Origin: Octopus sinensis
Lineage: Eukaryota
Length of the DNA: 64,000 nucleotides
Assembly: GCF_006345805.1 (NCBI RefSeq)
Contig: NC_042997.1
Coordinates: 36,146,001 to 36,210,000, forward strand
Direction: 5' to 3'
In this document: one piece after another, positions 26,750 through 39,887 of the stretch
Numbering within the stretch: position 1 is the stretch's first letter
Layout: each line of letters starts with the position of its first letter
Made by a program: the position numbers and the translations under genes
Notes under the pieces: model-generated
The model's input: only the letters and a program-made list of their open reading frames with translations
Database searches by the model: none
What the model was told of the DNA's origin: nothing

Positions 26750-27640
26750 TCAATTACGCGCGCTTAGAAGTACGCTCGGAAATTAATACTACCAAAATTT
26801 TGAAGTTCGCGCTCCGCTTGTGTGTGTGTGTGCGTGCTTTAGGTGTACGTAGGTATGTGTTTTTGTGTGTGTGTGTCACTGAAGCCATACATACATATAT
26901 ACATACATAACCTCCCTCTCTCTTTTCTCTCTCAGTCACTCACTACAAAAAGTGAATAAAAAAAGTTCAGTTATTTCTGTCTTTCACTCTGTCTGTCTCT
27001 TTACACACACTAACAAAAGCACTTCACTTACACACCACACTTTCTGTGTCGCACAACCCATCAAACACACACACACACACACACACACTCACGCACGCAC
27101 ACATGTACATCAATGGTTTCGGAGTGAAATGTTAAAATATTGAGTTTTCTCGAATTTTGTCTTAATTGGGGGTGAAATTGAAAGAAATATATTATGACAT
27201 GACCGAATGGAGTACTTTGAAAAATCTTAGGTAAACTCTAATTGAAGAAATTGTGTGAGGAGTAAATCGTTATGTATTTATTTGTTTCTGTTTGCTGTGT
27301 TTTTTTTATTTTTTGAGTAGTGGTTTAAATACTTTCAGTTTAGTCTTCCTCAAATCACTCTGTCACTATTTACTTTCATTTTATTCGTTGCACACTGTGT
27401 GTGTGCGTGTGCGTGTGGTGTAAACCACATTAAGAAAAGCATTTGACATACACACCAGAATGTGAGTTTTCTGTAAATTTTGCTTAATTGGAGTTTAAAT
27501 TTTAAAAACTGGACCTGGCATGACCCGATGCATTCTACTCTTAAACATGCTAGGTAAATTGTAATTGAAGAAATCCTATATTGTAGATTTCTATAAGTTA
27601 CAAAGGGAGGCAGATAAAATCTGCCTTTTATAATAAGAGA
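26750..27640 (-). mobile_element. Probable Helitron 5' region with internal repeats
   Basis: Minus strand begins A|TCTCTTATTATAAAAGGCAGATTTTATCTGCC, resembling the Helitron 5' end TCTTTATATATAAAAG. A duplicated ...aggtaaa.t.taattgaagaaat block occurs at about 27150-27250 and 27480-27575. Confidence 0.45.
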
Positions 27641-27699
27641 TATATATATAGCGAGAGAAAGAGAGGGGGAAGAGAGAGAGAGCGTGTGTGCGTGTTCAC

Positions 27700-27905
27700 A
27701 CTTTTGTGTTTCTGTTTGTCCTCCAACATCGCCTGACAACAAATGTTGGTGTGTTTACGCCCCTGTCAACTAGCTGTTCGTCATAGGACGCCGATAGAAT
27801 AAACAATAAGTTTAGAAAGAAAAAGACCTACTGCGTTCGACTACAATTCCTCAAGGCGGTGCCCTAGTATGGCTACAATCTAATGACTGAAACAAGTATG
27901 AGATA
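27700..27905 (+). mobile_element. SINE family A 3' half, degenerate
   Basis: tgtttgtcctccaacatcgcctgacaac...aaggcggtgccctagtatggctacaatctaatgactgaaacaagt. Confidence 0.75.
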
Positions 27906-30181
27906 AAACATAAATTATAATCTCAGAGTGTAGGAATGTCTCTCAAATGTTACAAACACATTTTTTTTATCTTTTAGTTTTTCCATTAAGTCATTGAAGG
28001 GTGGGAGGAAGTTCACCGGCCATGCATTTCTGTCGAAAATTTAACTGTAGAACACCGGGCTCCGCCAAATTATTCAAGGAACAGTTGGTGATGTTGAATA
28101 ATACGATGAATGAACACTTTGACGTGCTCTACAATGGACATAATCATTGTGCTATTTATTTTTAGTACAATACTAATACCTACATTGTTCACGCTTACAG
28201 CTACAAGCAAACAAAATATAGTAATCTTGATTTTTCCTTCCTATACTCGTATGGTTATATTTTGCTTGTGTTTCTTTTATTTTCAAGAATTCTTCATTGC
28301 TTATGAAGTAATCCTCTTTGAGATAAGCAAATCGGATTTAATATGTCTTACCAGTATTTTCTAATAAACAATATGAAGCATCAAAATTTGTATGAGAATA
28401 TGGTATACAAAAGATATGATTTTTTAAAAATATTTATGCGGAATAACAGTTATACGACTTAATAGAACGAATTCTTAAATTATTACATTGTATATATATA
28501 TATACTTATGTTATAAGAAATCGGTAGTTTGCTAGACTACGTGGTAAAGAGTTAGAGATTTGTTCGTCTTTTATTATACAGAATCAAAACCAAAACAAAG
28601 CACAACAAATCGGCAGCCTTTAAAAATAGGCTTATTCCCGCATATTTTGGGGAGCATTCAATTCAAATGTATCAGCTTTCACTATTAGTTCTAGCATTGA
28701 AGGTACCACGTACCAATAGGCATCGCTGAGGTACTGAGCCCCGAGTTGCAAATATCGACTCAGGTTGCACCTACACTTTACACATTATTCCTGATTCAAA
28801 GCAGTTAACGGCTCCTTTCAAAGTAGGTTCATAACCCATGCGTCAGCTTTTCACTATTTTTGTGAAAGTATACTCTGAACGCATTTGAGAAGTTATTGTA
28901 ATTTCTATAGAGAGCATGGCTTGCTTATTCTAAGGAAGAATTTAGCACCATATTGTAAAAATAATGTGCAAGGAGGGTTTTCATTTACACGCTAACAGAA
29001 AGAGAAGCCTGAAATTCAGAGTAGGAGTATTTTGTGAAGGTAAACGTAAAAACTTGATGAGAGAATGTTTCATGTTCTATCAACATGAAAAACCAATAAT
29101 CCAAACATCTGTGGAATATGGGCTTATTCTGAAAAAAAAGTCAGCATTACGACCGGTTTTTACTCAAAAATGCGACCTACAAATGCACATACTTTCAACG
29201 GACAATAAGTGAATGTTTTCACTTGCGGTTTCTTCGACAATAGTACGGTACACAAAAAATTTTGCTTTTGTAGAGGATATCCATGAACTGCATATCTAAT
29301 ACATTTCAGTATAATATTAGTATAATATTTATCGCGCAAGTCCATTATTTCTACAGCCGATAAGAGAAGAAAGTTTAGAGAAAAAACATTGATTTAAACA
29401 AAGAGCGAGAAAAACACGGGGTCAGATTACTTGGAGGACAGAAATAAAGGCAGCGGATTTTTGAAAACTGAAAATGGAATGGTTTAATAAAATACATTAG
29501 AGAAAAATCTTCTCCTGTGCTAATAATTTTATGTTCATAATTTTATATATAAATTGTATAAATAGTTTACGTACGCTTCAGATATACTTTGTTGTGTTGA
29601 TTTTAATTAGTTATTAGGTATTTAATATACTTGAATAAAGTTCTAGAATGTCAAACGTTACCACAATCGTTATGAGTCAAATCTAATGTTTTATATAGAA
29701 TACACAAATCCCTATTAATTCGGCTCAGCGTCTAACCAATATTATATTTTACAATAGCGTAGATGATAAAACGAAGTCGAGTTTGGCGAACTTCATCTCT
29801 AGACGTAAAATTTCTTAAGTAAAGATTATAGGCAATTTTTGTTTACCTTCTTGGATCCCATCCGTTGTGACCTCTGTTTTTCAGACTTCTATAAACCTTG
29901 TATTACTGCTCGACCTTATCTAAGTAGTTATAGCAGCTGTGAGTAACATAGGCGACCACTATAAAATACGTGATGATTTTAATTTATGAGTGTTTCATGT
30001 TATTATTTAGAAATCGTTATGAGTGATCCGAACAAGTATTTCTGTGAACCAACATATTATACTTCATGTGTTGATCTTTAATTTAAGTTCGGCTTAATAC
30101 AATATAGTGAAAATGTTTTGTAGACATGAGTGTTCATATGTTTCCAAGATAGTGTAATTAAGAAGGCGTTCCCATTTCCAT

Positions 30182-30330
30182 ACTGTTTCTGGATAGGTGG
30201 TGAAGTTAACTTTTAATTCGTCTGGGTCTCCACCCGTGTAAAGACACACTTGTTGGCACGTATATTATATTTCTTGTTGTCCCTGTTGCATTTTATTCAC
30301 AAGGTCATAGCTGAATGGACATATCGATGA
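30182..30330. repeat. About 150-bp dispersed direct repeat, copy 2
   Basis: Matches 24922-25070 with scattered substitutions. Confidence 0.9.
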
Positions 30331-30681
30331 TCAAACCTACATTAGTTGTGACGATGTTGTATTTTCTCATGTCGAATGACATTTTTCAATGTCTTCTTTT
30401 GAAGACAATAAGAAGTAGTTTTATATATACACTTCCCTGATGATCGAAACGTATAGTCGATATAACAATTTTGATTCTTGTTTTATAAGCATGCCCTGTA
30501 TTTAGTTTGCTGGCAAGATACCCAAAGATGTAAGTGGTCAATCGTGCAGTTGCAATCCTAAATGTAAAGGCATATTAAATGATTATTTGATCTAGAATTT
30601 TCCATTATTGACTCGTTTTATATATCAGTATAGATAATAACTGTACACGACGCTGCATCTTTTGAAAGATTAATATAACAC

Positions 30682-30745
<64 letters not shown>

Positions 30746-31943
30746 CAATATAGCAAAAGTAAACATTTCTATGTACTGAAATTATTACATGTTGTGTTCT
30801 AAGTCATTCCTATCTCTTTTAGGGGAGATAATGTTTTCATTCTCATATTTACTAGTTTCCACCAATACCTTGTGGCCAGATATAAATAGTGATGCTACAT
30901 GATACGAAGATATCTCTGGTGATTATGCTTTCTTATCAGCATTGAATGCTTAAGATGCGGTATTAATCGAAATAGTCAAGCAGAAACAGTTCACTGATAC
31001 CATGCTGCTTGATACAAAACATTTGGTAATAGTAGTAGTGTGAACATACGAAACTATGATCGATACATGTATACTTACACTATCCTTTTATTTAATTGAG
31101 AGTACATTCATATATTTAAGCTATTCAGCTATGAATCGATGTAAATTGTAATCAGAAATAGATTTCAGAAATATATTGCTGCAAATTAATTTAAACCTAA
31201 ATTATACTTTCAAAAATACCTTAAATTTAATAATAAAAATAAAGTTAAAAAAAGAAAGAATACTTAAGATATAAAGTAAGTTACGATAATTGCGATATAG
31301 GTATGTTGTGATACATAGACTTCTTCAATAACAATATGAAAAATAACAACAGCATTTCAAGTTCAAGATGCAGAGAATCAATATTCAAAGCAACGGTATG
31401 CAGCTATCGATTTTTCATTAGCTATGACCTTAATAATTCGGATATTCTTGCACGTGTTCTGCCAAAACTATAGCATAACTTAGTTTTGTGCACTGAAATT
31501 TAAACGAAGCTCATTTAACCTACAGCACATCTTACTCTATTTTGTAAAGATGTATCTTAATCAGCTTTGATATTTGTAAGTCGACTGCGATGTTTCTCAG
31601 AGAAGGAATAGGAAATGTGTAATTTCAATTAATGTACTTAGAAATAAAGAAAATTAATTTGAGAGATCGAAAACAAATATCACAGTATATTGTTCTTACT
31701 CATGCTGATTTTGGTGGTGGTGATGGAGGTTGCGCCAGATCGGCTCCGAGCAAGTAGGCCTATTTTTAAAGGGCATTAAAATGTGGCGCTCTTAATTTTG
31801 TCGTTTACAGGCTTAACGTAGGATTAAATGATCTAATAAGTTTCTCGTATGACGACTGTAGGGTGTTACATGAGAGAGTGTTGGATATGTTAGGCAGGTT
31901 CAACAATCACATAGTTTCTGCCACAAACACACGCGTGCGCACA

Positions 31944-31995
<52 letters not shown>

Positions 31996-32035
31996 GTAAA
32001 CACTCACAAGCACTCTCGCATACACATACGCAGGA

Positions 32036-32076
<41 letters not shown>

Positions 32077-32094
32077 TAGACAGATAAGTGTGCG

Positions 32095-32131
<37 letters not shown>

Positions 32132-35100
32132 TTACATTTACGCTGTGATAGTACTATAAGTGGTTGCTGTAACTGAAATTTCTATGAGGTTCTTAATGCA
32201 TACATAAACCATAACAATTGGGCAAATTTGTATGAGGAGCAGACATTAAAATTGCATCAGTAACCATAATTATTACACTTAGCGTATGCATCTGTAAAAT
32301 TTGTAAAAAATTACTTTCAACTTTCACATATGTGAGGTTGTTATGAAAAGCAGAATCGGTCATGTATTGTACGGAGAAGGACACTACGTGTATAATTATA
32401 TTCAATAAACACATATAGTTATACATTTAAAATATATGAATATTACTTAAACAAATGAAATAAAATACTGTTAAATACAACTGAAACTGCAAAAGAGTCT
32501 CATCTGTACTTTTTAATGAGTAAATTTATGTTACATCCAAAGCAGCTCTCTACTGATATTATTTGGAGTGATATTTATGTAAATGATAGGAATATATATT
32601 AGAATTTGACTTTGGTCTTCTTCTGATATCTGATAACATATCATTGATTTATATAAGAAAAATCGTTAAAGTTCCCAGATAACACACAACGGACATTATA
32701 TATTTCATACGGCCATTCCACATACGTTGAACATTAACATTGATCAAGATTAAGCGGTAAAACTCTAAGCAAGAAGGGAGTTCGACATGATTTCCAACTC
32801 TAGTGATAGCCTCCCCACTTTCCAAACAATAAAGGTGTTTGATATTGCAAAGTTCCAACAAAGCACAGTTAATATTATTTACTTTTAAATACGTTGATCA
32901 TTTATTAAATGAAATGTGGTGTGTATTTCTAAGGTTTAATCGATGGAAGAACACTTAGATCTCTAAACGATAACAATGAGTTTCGGCAGGAAAGTAAAGA
33001 ATAAGAAATGCATACTGCCTATTGTATGGCAATGACCTTACACAAAAGAAAACTTATTTAAATATTATTGCTTTTATTCTGGATTTGTTTTACTGTTTTT
33101 TTTTTAACAATGTATTGCCTCTCTCTGTTTTGGCAGCGTGAGATAGGAAAGCAATTTCACAGCATTTCCTGAATACAAACCATTTATATTGTAACAAAAA
33201 TATTTGCCAGTTTAGTGAAAAATAACTATAATTATGTGTCCACATAGGTAACTAAGGTAGTCATTTAGCAGATATAATTTTTCAAGGTTCAAGGTTTACG
33301 CAAGAAAACATTGTATAATGTGATATTATTCTTAATAAGGCTGAGGTGCTTTTGATCTCAGATTTTTTGAGTCATTATATATCTGGGATTAAACAGCTGC
33401 AACAGCATAGCAATCACAGTCAAATATTATTATAAATGCTTAAAGAAATATTACACTGAATTCAATGCATTACGCTATTACGTTTCACGTTTCAGTATTC
33501 TAATTTCATATCTAACCGAGGTTGATTTCCCTTTTCAGTAAAGCGGGATTGAAAGATTTCGTACTAATGAAATACACATAGCAAATTTTAGTAAATACTA
33601 TTTTGTCTTTTTCACAGAGGAGTCAGAAGTTAAATGGATTATAAATACATGAAAGCTAAAGTTGTTAAATATTTTGCAATAGTGTTTGTATCTGTAATAG
33701 TATACCATTTAAATATACAATATTCACTGGAAAATTAATGCAAATGGCATTGAATTTAGCTGCAGTTAAACTTCCTTTCTGTGATTGCATACATTTAGCT
33801 TTCATTACTCTGATCCATTCGTTTCAGTTATTTGCTCCTTATATCGAATAGCAATTTCGGTTTCCAATTTGATTATTGTTAACTAATTTATTCAATTGTC
33901 CTTCTGAAATGGATGTCCGATTTAATGTATTAACATTTATTTATCGTTCGTGATTTTATAGATTTGACATTTCGCTCTGTAAATGCAGTAATCTGATAAC
34001 CGCAAAGGGAACATGGAAGCGACTATTGTTTTGGTATTGTGAAGTACTTCCTTCTTCTGAGAACTTTAAGGATTACAATAAACGTTGCATAACATAAATC
34101 AGTTATACAGTTACATATTATACTTTATCTCCTTGCTAATATACTTTCGTGAGAATTATGCAGGATAAAATTATTCAATGAATTATTTAAAGAAATATTG
34201 CTGCACAGTTTGTTTAGTTTGTTACATTTCGAACGCAAAAGCTGTTCAATATTTTTCCTCTCAAAAATATTAATTCTGGAGGGTATCGTTCATACACCCA
34301 AGTGTGTATATACGAATAAGCACAGACCGCATATAATATACTGTTTGGAATCAATGTCTAAATATTTATAGTAGGGGAATGTGTTCTACAAGCGTATATA
34401 CATCTAATATGAATTTATATGTATATTAATATTAATATTTACCTCTATACTAGATATATCCCATATTGTAATGAAACACTGGTAGGATAGAATTAAAATG
34501 GCACCACATTCACTTTTCGTTTAAAATACACATACTCTGCTAATATTATAATTTACGAAGAATTTTAACTCATATGTATTCTTTCTCGTTTAAAATAAAA
34601 CAGCTCAATACATACTAAATTACTGATACACGCAAATGTGTTTCTCCAGGACAGAACTTGGACTATAATTCCTTCTCGATATAATGAAGGATTGCCCATA
34701 TAACCCATAAACCGTGTCCCAAATTGATTTATACTTATACAGTTTCCCAATTACTTTCACTTTACGCGTGAAGTTTGGCCTGACTATGTATTTGCACACT
34801 AGTCCAATGGATTTAGAAATAGATTTGTCGGGAGAAAAGAAAGTTTTTGGTCTCCACTTCTGTCCAAATACGTTTATATACCAAATTAAACAATAACTTT
34901 ACATACAACCGCATACGAAATATATATCCGTTGTATACTTATAACTATAGAAATAAAAACAAAACATTTACACTCATTAAAGTGTATATATGCAATGAAT
35001 TATGCTTCTTATATTTCTGTGTACAAAATGATGTAGAAAAATATAACAGCATATGCCATATACCATATATTTTCACTCTTGAATACATATTTAATCAGGT

Positions 35101-35367
35101 AATTTATTTTGTCTCATTACATTCAACATTATAATAATGAAAGACGTTCAGAATGTTTAGCTCTGGTGAATATTTAGCTCAGTCAGGTGAACTACGACTC
35201 TCGGTGAATTAGTGTATTGCGGACCATGTATTCTGAAGGGACGTGAAATTTCCGCGAAATCCTCATTTTGGATTCGTGCGTTAGGATTTGTTTGGGTGGT
35301 TCAGTTCATTGAATTTAAGGTACCATCTATCCGACAGGCTGTTAGCCAACTTATATGTATATCTATA

Positions 35368-36030
35368 AAGGGAAAGTTTACGAAAATAAACAAAAGACGA
35401 AGGCAGGTGGTGTACAAACAAACAAATGTATTAGTATAGCGCTCAGGAATAGAAAGAGGCTTTTACGTTTCGAGCCTACGCTCTTCGACAGAAAGATACA
35501 CAGAAAAAAACTAGGAGAGAAAAAAATGCGTGTAGGAGCTAACGATCTATCATGGCGTCCTGACTTCGGACAGTGGTCAGACGCGAGAGGGACATTAAGG
35601 GAGATAACAGGGTCAAGTGACTTCCAATACGAAGGTGCCCCCAACACAAAGGTGCGTGTGTGTATAAGAGAGTATGTATGTGCGTGTGAAAGAGGGCTAT
35701 TGGTCTGGACGTGTGTGTGTATGTATGTGTGGGTGTGGAAGTGTGGAGATGGGTGTGTGGGTGGTGTGTTGTGATGTGATATGTGTATGTATGTGTAGGT
35801 GTAAAGATGTGGGGACGGGTGTGTGGGTGGTGTGTTGTGATGTGATATGTAATGTATGGTGTAGTGTAGTGTGGTGTGATGTTGTGGGGAGGTGGGGAGG
35901 CGAGAGTGGGGAAAGCACAGGTGAGGTGTGGGTTCGGCTGGGGGTTGGGGTAGAGTGGGGGTTGTGGGTAGGTAGAGGGTGGGGTTAGAGGTGAGGTATA
36001 TGGGGGAGGGATATGGGATAGGGGTAAGGT
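35368..36030 (-). mobile_element. Penelope-like element with hammerhead fold and long upstream extension that is G-rich on the plus strand
   Basis: Minus 35496-35460 reads TCTTT CTGTCGA A GAGC GTAG GCTC GAAA C GTA AAAG. 35368-35560 aligns with 19345-19554. Including the 35560-36030 extension is inferred. Confidence 0.65.
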
Positions 36031-37849
36031 ATGTTCAGTCTTTTAGCTAGGTAATATCAACCAGAAAATATGAGTCTATTATAACCTACGGAACATTTAG
36101 AACATTTCACTTACCGAAGAGGCTTCACATAATACTAAGGGTATGTTGTGTTATAGATATTAAATATATGCGGGATATTCACTGAAACTACTATACTCGC
36201 ATCCAAAATGAATACGTGTCATTCCGTTGTTGTCAAATGCTGTAGAGCGAGCGATTCAATTTTATGTGGCATTTGCATTGAATAAGGAAAAACCAAATAT
36301 GGTTTTGGTTATTGGTAGCATTTTTCCTTTTTTTTTGTAATTTATAAATTTCAGAAAACGTTAGTTGTATAGAATTAGACATACACCCATAGAGTTTTAT
36401 GTACTGTATTTGAATTCAATTACTTTAATATTAATAAGAGCATTGTAAATCATTGCATTATGTTCATGCATAACAAAAGTGAAAAGATAACTAAATAAAC
36501 ACAATGTTCATCGTATAATTTCCAAATTCTTCAACTCTATTTAAGTAACAAATTGAAGAAACATGCTAAGGGAATGCTTCTGCTATTACAAAATACCTTT
36601 GGGTTAAAGTTCCGCAGTAAAATAGCGTTAAAATCCAAATATCAGCAGCATAATAAATAAATATCAACCGTTTATCATAAATAAAAGGTTTCTAACAGTG
36701 AAGGAAATGTCAGAGAATGATAAATATAATTTCGGATCTGGAATAACTGGTTTCAACGGCACAGCTCTATTCATACCGCACGCGGTGTTCAATTACGTTA
36801 TTCTTTTTCAAATCTCAGCGGATGACTTTTATACATAATAGAAATTAACTCCTCTTGTATATTCAGAACGATATAATACTATCTCTATTCAGCTGCAAAT
36901 AAATGGTATTTATTTTATAAATGATGCGCACGTATTTTGTTTTTCTAATAGGCATAAGAGATTCTGAACTATGGAGATTATATATGAGTTTGTGATAACT
37001 GTTCTTCTGGCAAAGTGTTTCTAAGTTACTTCGACCTGTAATTATAAATTGTTTGCGCCATTATCAACGAAGGCGCCTGTAAGCGATCAGAGTTTCTTCT
37101 GAAAATGGCTGTGAAATTTCCATAGGTTAACTTTCTACCAACGTCAAAATAAGTGACACTTGTGCTCACGTATTCATGTAAATTTAGTCTGAGGCGAGGT
37201 CGATCTGTACGCATCTAAGTGTATATATGTTTGTGTGCATGTGTGTATATCGCGAGCGTGTGTGTAATTATGCCCGCTCATGTATGAATACATACAATAT
37301 CAGTACACACTCATTCTCACACACAAACATGCAAATATATTTACATGCAATACTCCACCGGTAAAACATTGTTCATATACATAGTCTTCCATGTCTGGCA
37401 TTCATATACTATTCATATATACTAAGTTGCTACATGTGAGAAGAATATTGCCATGCCAAGTGTTAGCAAATCAGAAACTTTTATGGTTTCTTACTGCATC
37501 CTGAATGAAGGATTAGTTAAAATAAATTCTTTTATATTATATTAAATTATGTATGCAATCCTACTCGAGAAATTACAGTAGTTAACAACTTTACATAATG
37601 TAAAAAGATAATTTTGTTACATTTGTTACTCTCATGTGCCCACTGCAATTTCATAATCACAGTATCAAATGACCAAACTTTTCATCACATCTAATATATA
37701 TATATATATATATAGTAATATATCTACCTACCGTTCTAGCTACTTACCTACCTACCTATATACATACATACATACATGCATACATAAATACCTGTCTCTC
37801 TAACTATGACTCTGTCTCTTTCTCTCTCACTCTCTCTATATACATATAC

Positions 37850-37884
<35 letters not shown>

Positions 37885-37961
37885 TATGCCGATATAAATT
37901 TATATATAAACATGTATATATACACGTGTTTGTGTGTTTTGTGTGTATGTATGTACGTCGG

Positions 37962-38137
37962 TGTAGCCACTACACACATTTTTTTCTCTCCTTGTTTTTT
38001 CTGAGTCCCTTCCTGTAGAAGAGCTTAGGCTCGAAACGTAAAATACTTTTTTTCTATTCCTGAGCGTTATACTAATACATCTGCTTGTTTTGTACACCAC
38101 CTGGCTTCGCCTTTTGTTTCTTTCGTAAACTCTCCCT
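37962..38137 (+). mobile_element. Penelope-like element, decayed hammerhead copy
   Basis: CTGTAGA A GAGC TTAG GCTC GAAA C GTA at 38013-38040, then ttcctgagcgttatactaatac...caccacctggcttcgccttttg; ends in (TA)n. Confidence 0.7.
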
Positions 38138-38307
38138 ATATATATACATACATCAATCTGATAACTCTTTTAAACATCACAGTAATATATTTATCTATGC
38201 CGGAAAATATATATATAAACTGCATATGTTATACTTTCTCCAGTATATCAATTATATATAGATATGCAACAATAAAAAAATCTATTGTAGGCTACCCGCA
38301 CAAATAG

Positions 38308-39887
38308 CGCTGTACTAAACTAAATCTATTACGCTGATTCTGAATCTGAACTCAGAATTGCTGTAGCACGTCAGTATTTTGAGTTATGCGAATAATTATA
38401 TATTAATACTATATTAGTATCAGGAATAGTTACGTTCAAGGTAAATAATTATCATTATAGCATATTAGTGCTATATAATATATTTATGCTCAAGGCAAAT
38501 AGTATTATAATATAATGGTACACAGTATGTTTATGTTAAGGTAAAACTCACTTTATTTTTTCTATGCTCAGCTAAGAAATGCTCGATACACTTGCGCCTG
38601 CGCTTATGCATCGTGCTGTACTCCCATTGTAGGAACCAGCATTAGTCACACATCGTGTGTGAATTGAACCGGCCTTGGTACCTCTTTTCCATCTCAGATA
38701 TCTCCTGGTGGAACCGCTCGCCATGCTCATCATTAACGGCAGCAAGATTCGTTGGAAAAAATCGAGATGGTAATGCAGGAAGAGCATTTTAAGGGACATT
38801 GAGCATTCCATTGATCATATGCCGTTATCATGTTGTTTATTAAATCTCCATATTTTTCAGCTCCATTATTTCCAAGAAAGTTCTCTACAACTAACACGAA
38901 TGAATCCCATGCCGTCAGCTCAACTGGATTCAGTTCACATCTGAATTCGCTAACAGGCATCTGATTACACAATTTGTTTCTGGTTTTCTTTGAGAACCAA
39001 CTAATATTAGTCTTGCAAAAGTAACAATCAGAGATATTATTGGTTGGTACTGCAAAATGCATTCCCTTCCGTTTTCCATTTAGCCACTGAGTAATCCCTC
39101 AGTAATACACGGTGCACCATATATGTGATGTCCACCTCTTGTCTTGGTCCCCAACATTACACAAAAAAATATATTTACAGACAGTTTTTAATTTAGTGGC
39201 TATGTTCTGCCGCCGGTCGCACGGAGCAAGCTTTTCACTGATATAACTAAAGCCATCTGGGTGATTCACGCACCCTCTCCTATTCATGATCTAATACAAT
39301 GACCACAGTTAAAACAGTAATCACGCAGAGCGAGAGATACATATACCACACGCGTCGCAGCGCAAACTACACTGAGAGTTACGAGGGAAAAAAATGACGC
39401 CTTTGGCATTTACACACTACACGTCAGCGTCATCTAATGGTGAATTAAATAATGAAATTCATCATCATTTGTTTTATATCTGTTATTTCTTTAATTTTGA
39501 ATTAAAACCGCTGTCATGTTGGCAAATTTTATAATACCAATTTCTTTATTACCCACAAGGGGCTAAACACAGAGCGGACAAACAAGGACAGACATAGGTA
39601 TTAAGTCGATTACATCGACTCCAGTGCGTAACTGGTACTCAATTTATCGACCCCGAAAGGATAAAAGGCAAAGTCGACCTCGGCGGAATTTGAACTCACA
39701 ATGTAACGCAGACGAAATACCGCTAAGCATTTCGCCCGGCGTGCTAACGTTTCTGCCAGCTCGCCTATATATCGCCGAAAATATAACTATAATCTTAAGC
39801 ACGCGCATAACACAAAATTCTGACGTACTAGAACAATTCTGAATGCGGATTCAGGATCAGCATCCTGGATTTAGTCTAAAACACATG
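38308..39887 (-). mobile_element. Internally deleted Chapaev3-like DNA transposon with inverted terminal repeats
   Basis: Motifs MNRRGCVNHPDGFSYI..VGDQDKRW, FAVP..DCYFC, FLGNNGAEKY and MSLKMLFLHYHLDFF. 58-nt inverted repeats at 38333-38390 and 39804-39861. Family name from recalled motifs. Confidence 0.75.
39540..39768 (-). mobile_element. SINE family B inserted in the Chapaev3-like element
   Basis: Reverse-complement homolog of 55427-55650 (ggcgagctggcagaaacgttagc...gcctttcatcctttcggggtcgat). Confidence 0.9.

Noticed and set aside
34620-34890. About 90-codon stop-free minus-strand frame
   Set aside because: No recognisable motif or convincing splice sites, and frames of this length are expected by chance in 64 kb across six frames.
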